In this document: positions 63,676 through 64,000 of the stretch, one piece after another
How positions within the stretch are numbered: position 1 is the stretch's first letter
Layout of the letters: each line of letters starts with the position of its first letter
Assembly: GCF_963921235.1 (NCBI RefSeq)
Contig: NC_086108.1
Span: forward strand, 116,624,001 to 116,688,000
DNA from: Mobula hypostoma
Lineage: Eukaryota
Length of the DNA: 64,000 bases
Direction of reading: 5' to 3'
Notes under the pieces: generated by a model
What the model saw: only the letters and a program-made list of their open reading frames with translations
The model's database searches: none
What the model was told of the DNA's origin: nothing
Program-made: the position numbers and the translations under genes

Positions 63676-64000
63676 GAGAACAGAAGATCATCAGTAATAG
63701 GAGCAGGAGTCGGCCATCCAGCCCATCGAGCCTGCCCCGCCATTCAATAAGATCATGGCTGATCTGTCCGTAAACTCAGCTCCATCTACCTGCCCTTTCC
63801 CAATAACCTTTAGTTCCCTTACTATGTAAAAATCTATCTAACTGTATCTTAAATATATTTAGTGAAGAAGCCTCAACTGCTTCCCTGGGCAGAGAATTCC
63901 ACAGATTCACCACTCTCTGGGGGAAAGACAGTTTCTCCTCATCTCTGTCCTAAATCTTCTCCCCTGAATCTTGAGGCAATGTCCCCTAGTTCTAGTCTCA
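63676..64000 (-). mobile_element. CR1 3' end
   Basis: Minus-strand QRVVNLWNSLP and the CR1 3' UTR hairpin region. Confidence 0.88.

Overview
Eukaryotic (vertebrate) genomic DNA, most likely a cartilaginous fish such as a ray or shark; this is inferred from the repeat landscape of CR1 LINEs, Rex1/Babar, Penelope-like elements, Tx1 and Tc1. Most of the window is nested, decayed transposable elements and tandem repeats. Positions 1-9965 are a purine-rich, CpG-rich (GAGGC)n-based ~31-bp satellite with kb-scale higher-order duplications. The only recognisable host gene piece is the last coding exon plus 3' UTR of a clade-B fibrillar collagen (type V/XI, COLFI C-propeptide) at 62976-63122 (-). Downstream of it, the few islands of unique sequence can be joined into a phase-consistent multi-exon gene on the minus strand that I do not recognise. 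It has an RFX X-box-like promoter at ~59760, candidate exons at ~59.7, 49.8, 44.1, 43.9, 42.8, 40.2 and 37.7-38.5 kb, an 11-aa Ser/Arg/Pro repeat, and a 1-bp frameshift. Other highlights: minimal type-I hammerhead ribozyme motifs in Penelope terminal repeats, including a 225-bp palindromic double-hammerhead element with a 13-bp TSD; a 31-bp satellite apparently born from the CR1 'PHLEYCVQFW' coding segment; a recent inverted duplication; solo LTRs with TSDs; and a full-length but dead IR/DR Tc1 transposon. All calls were made by eye with no database searches, so TE boundaries are approximate unless a TSD is quoted.
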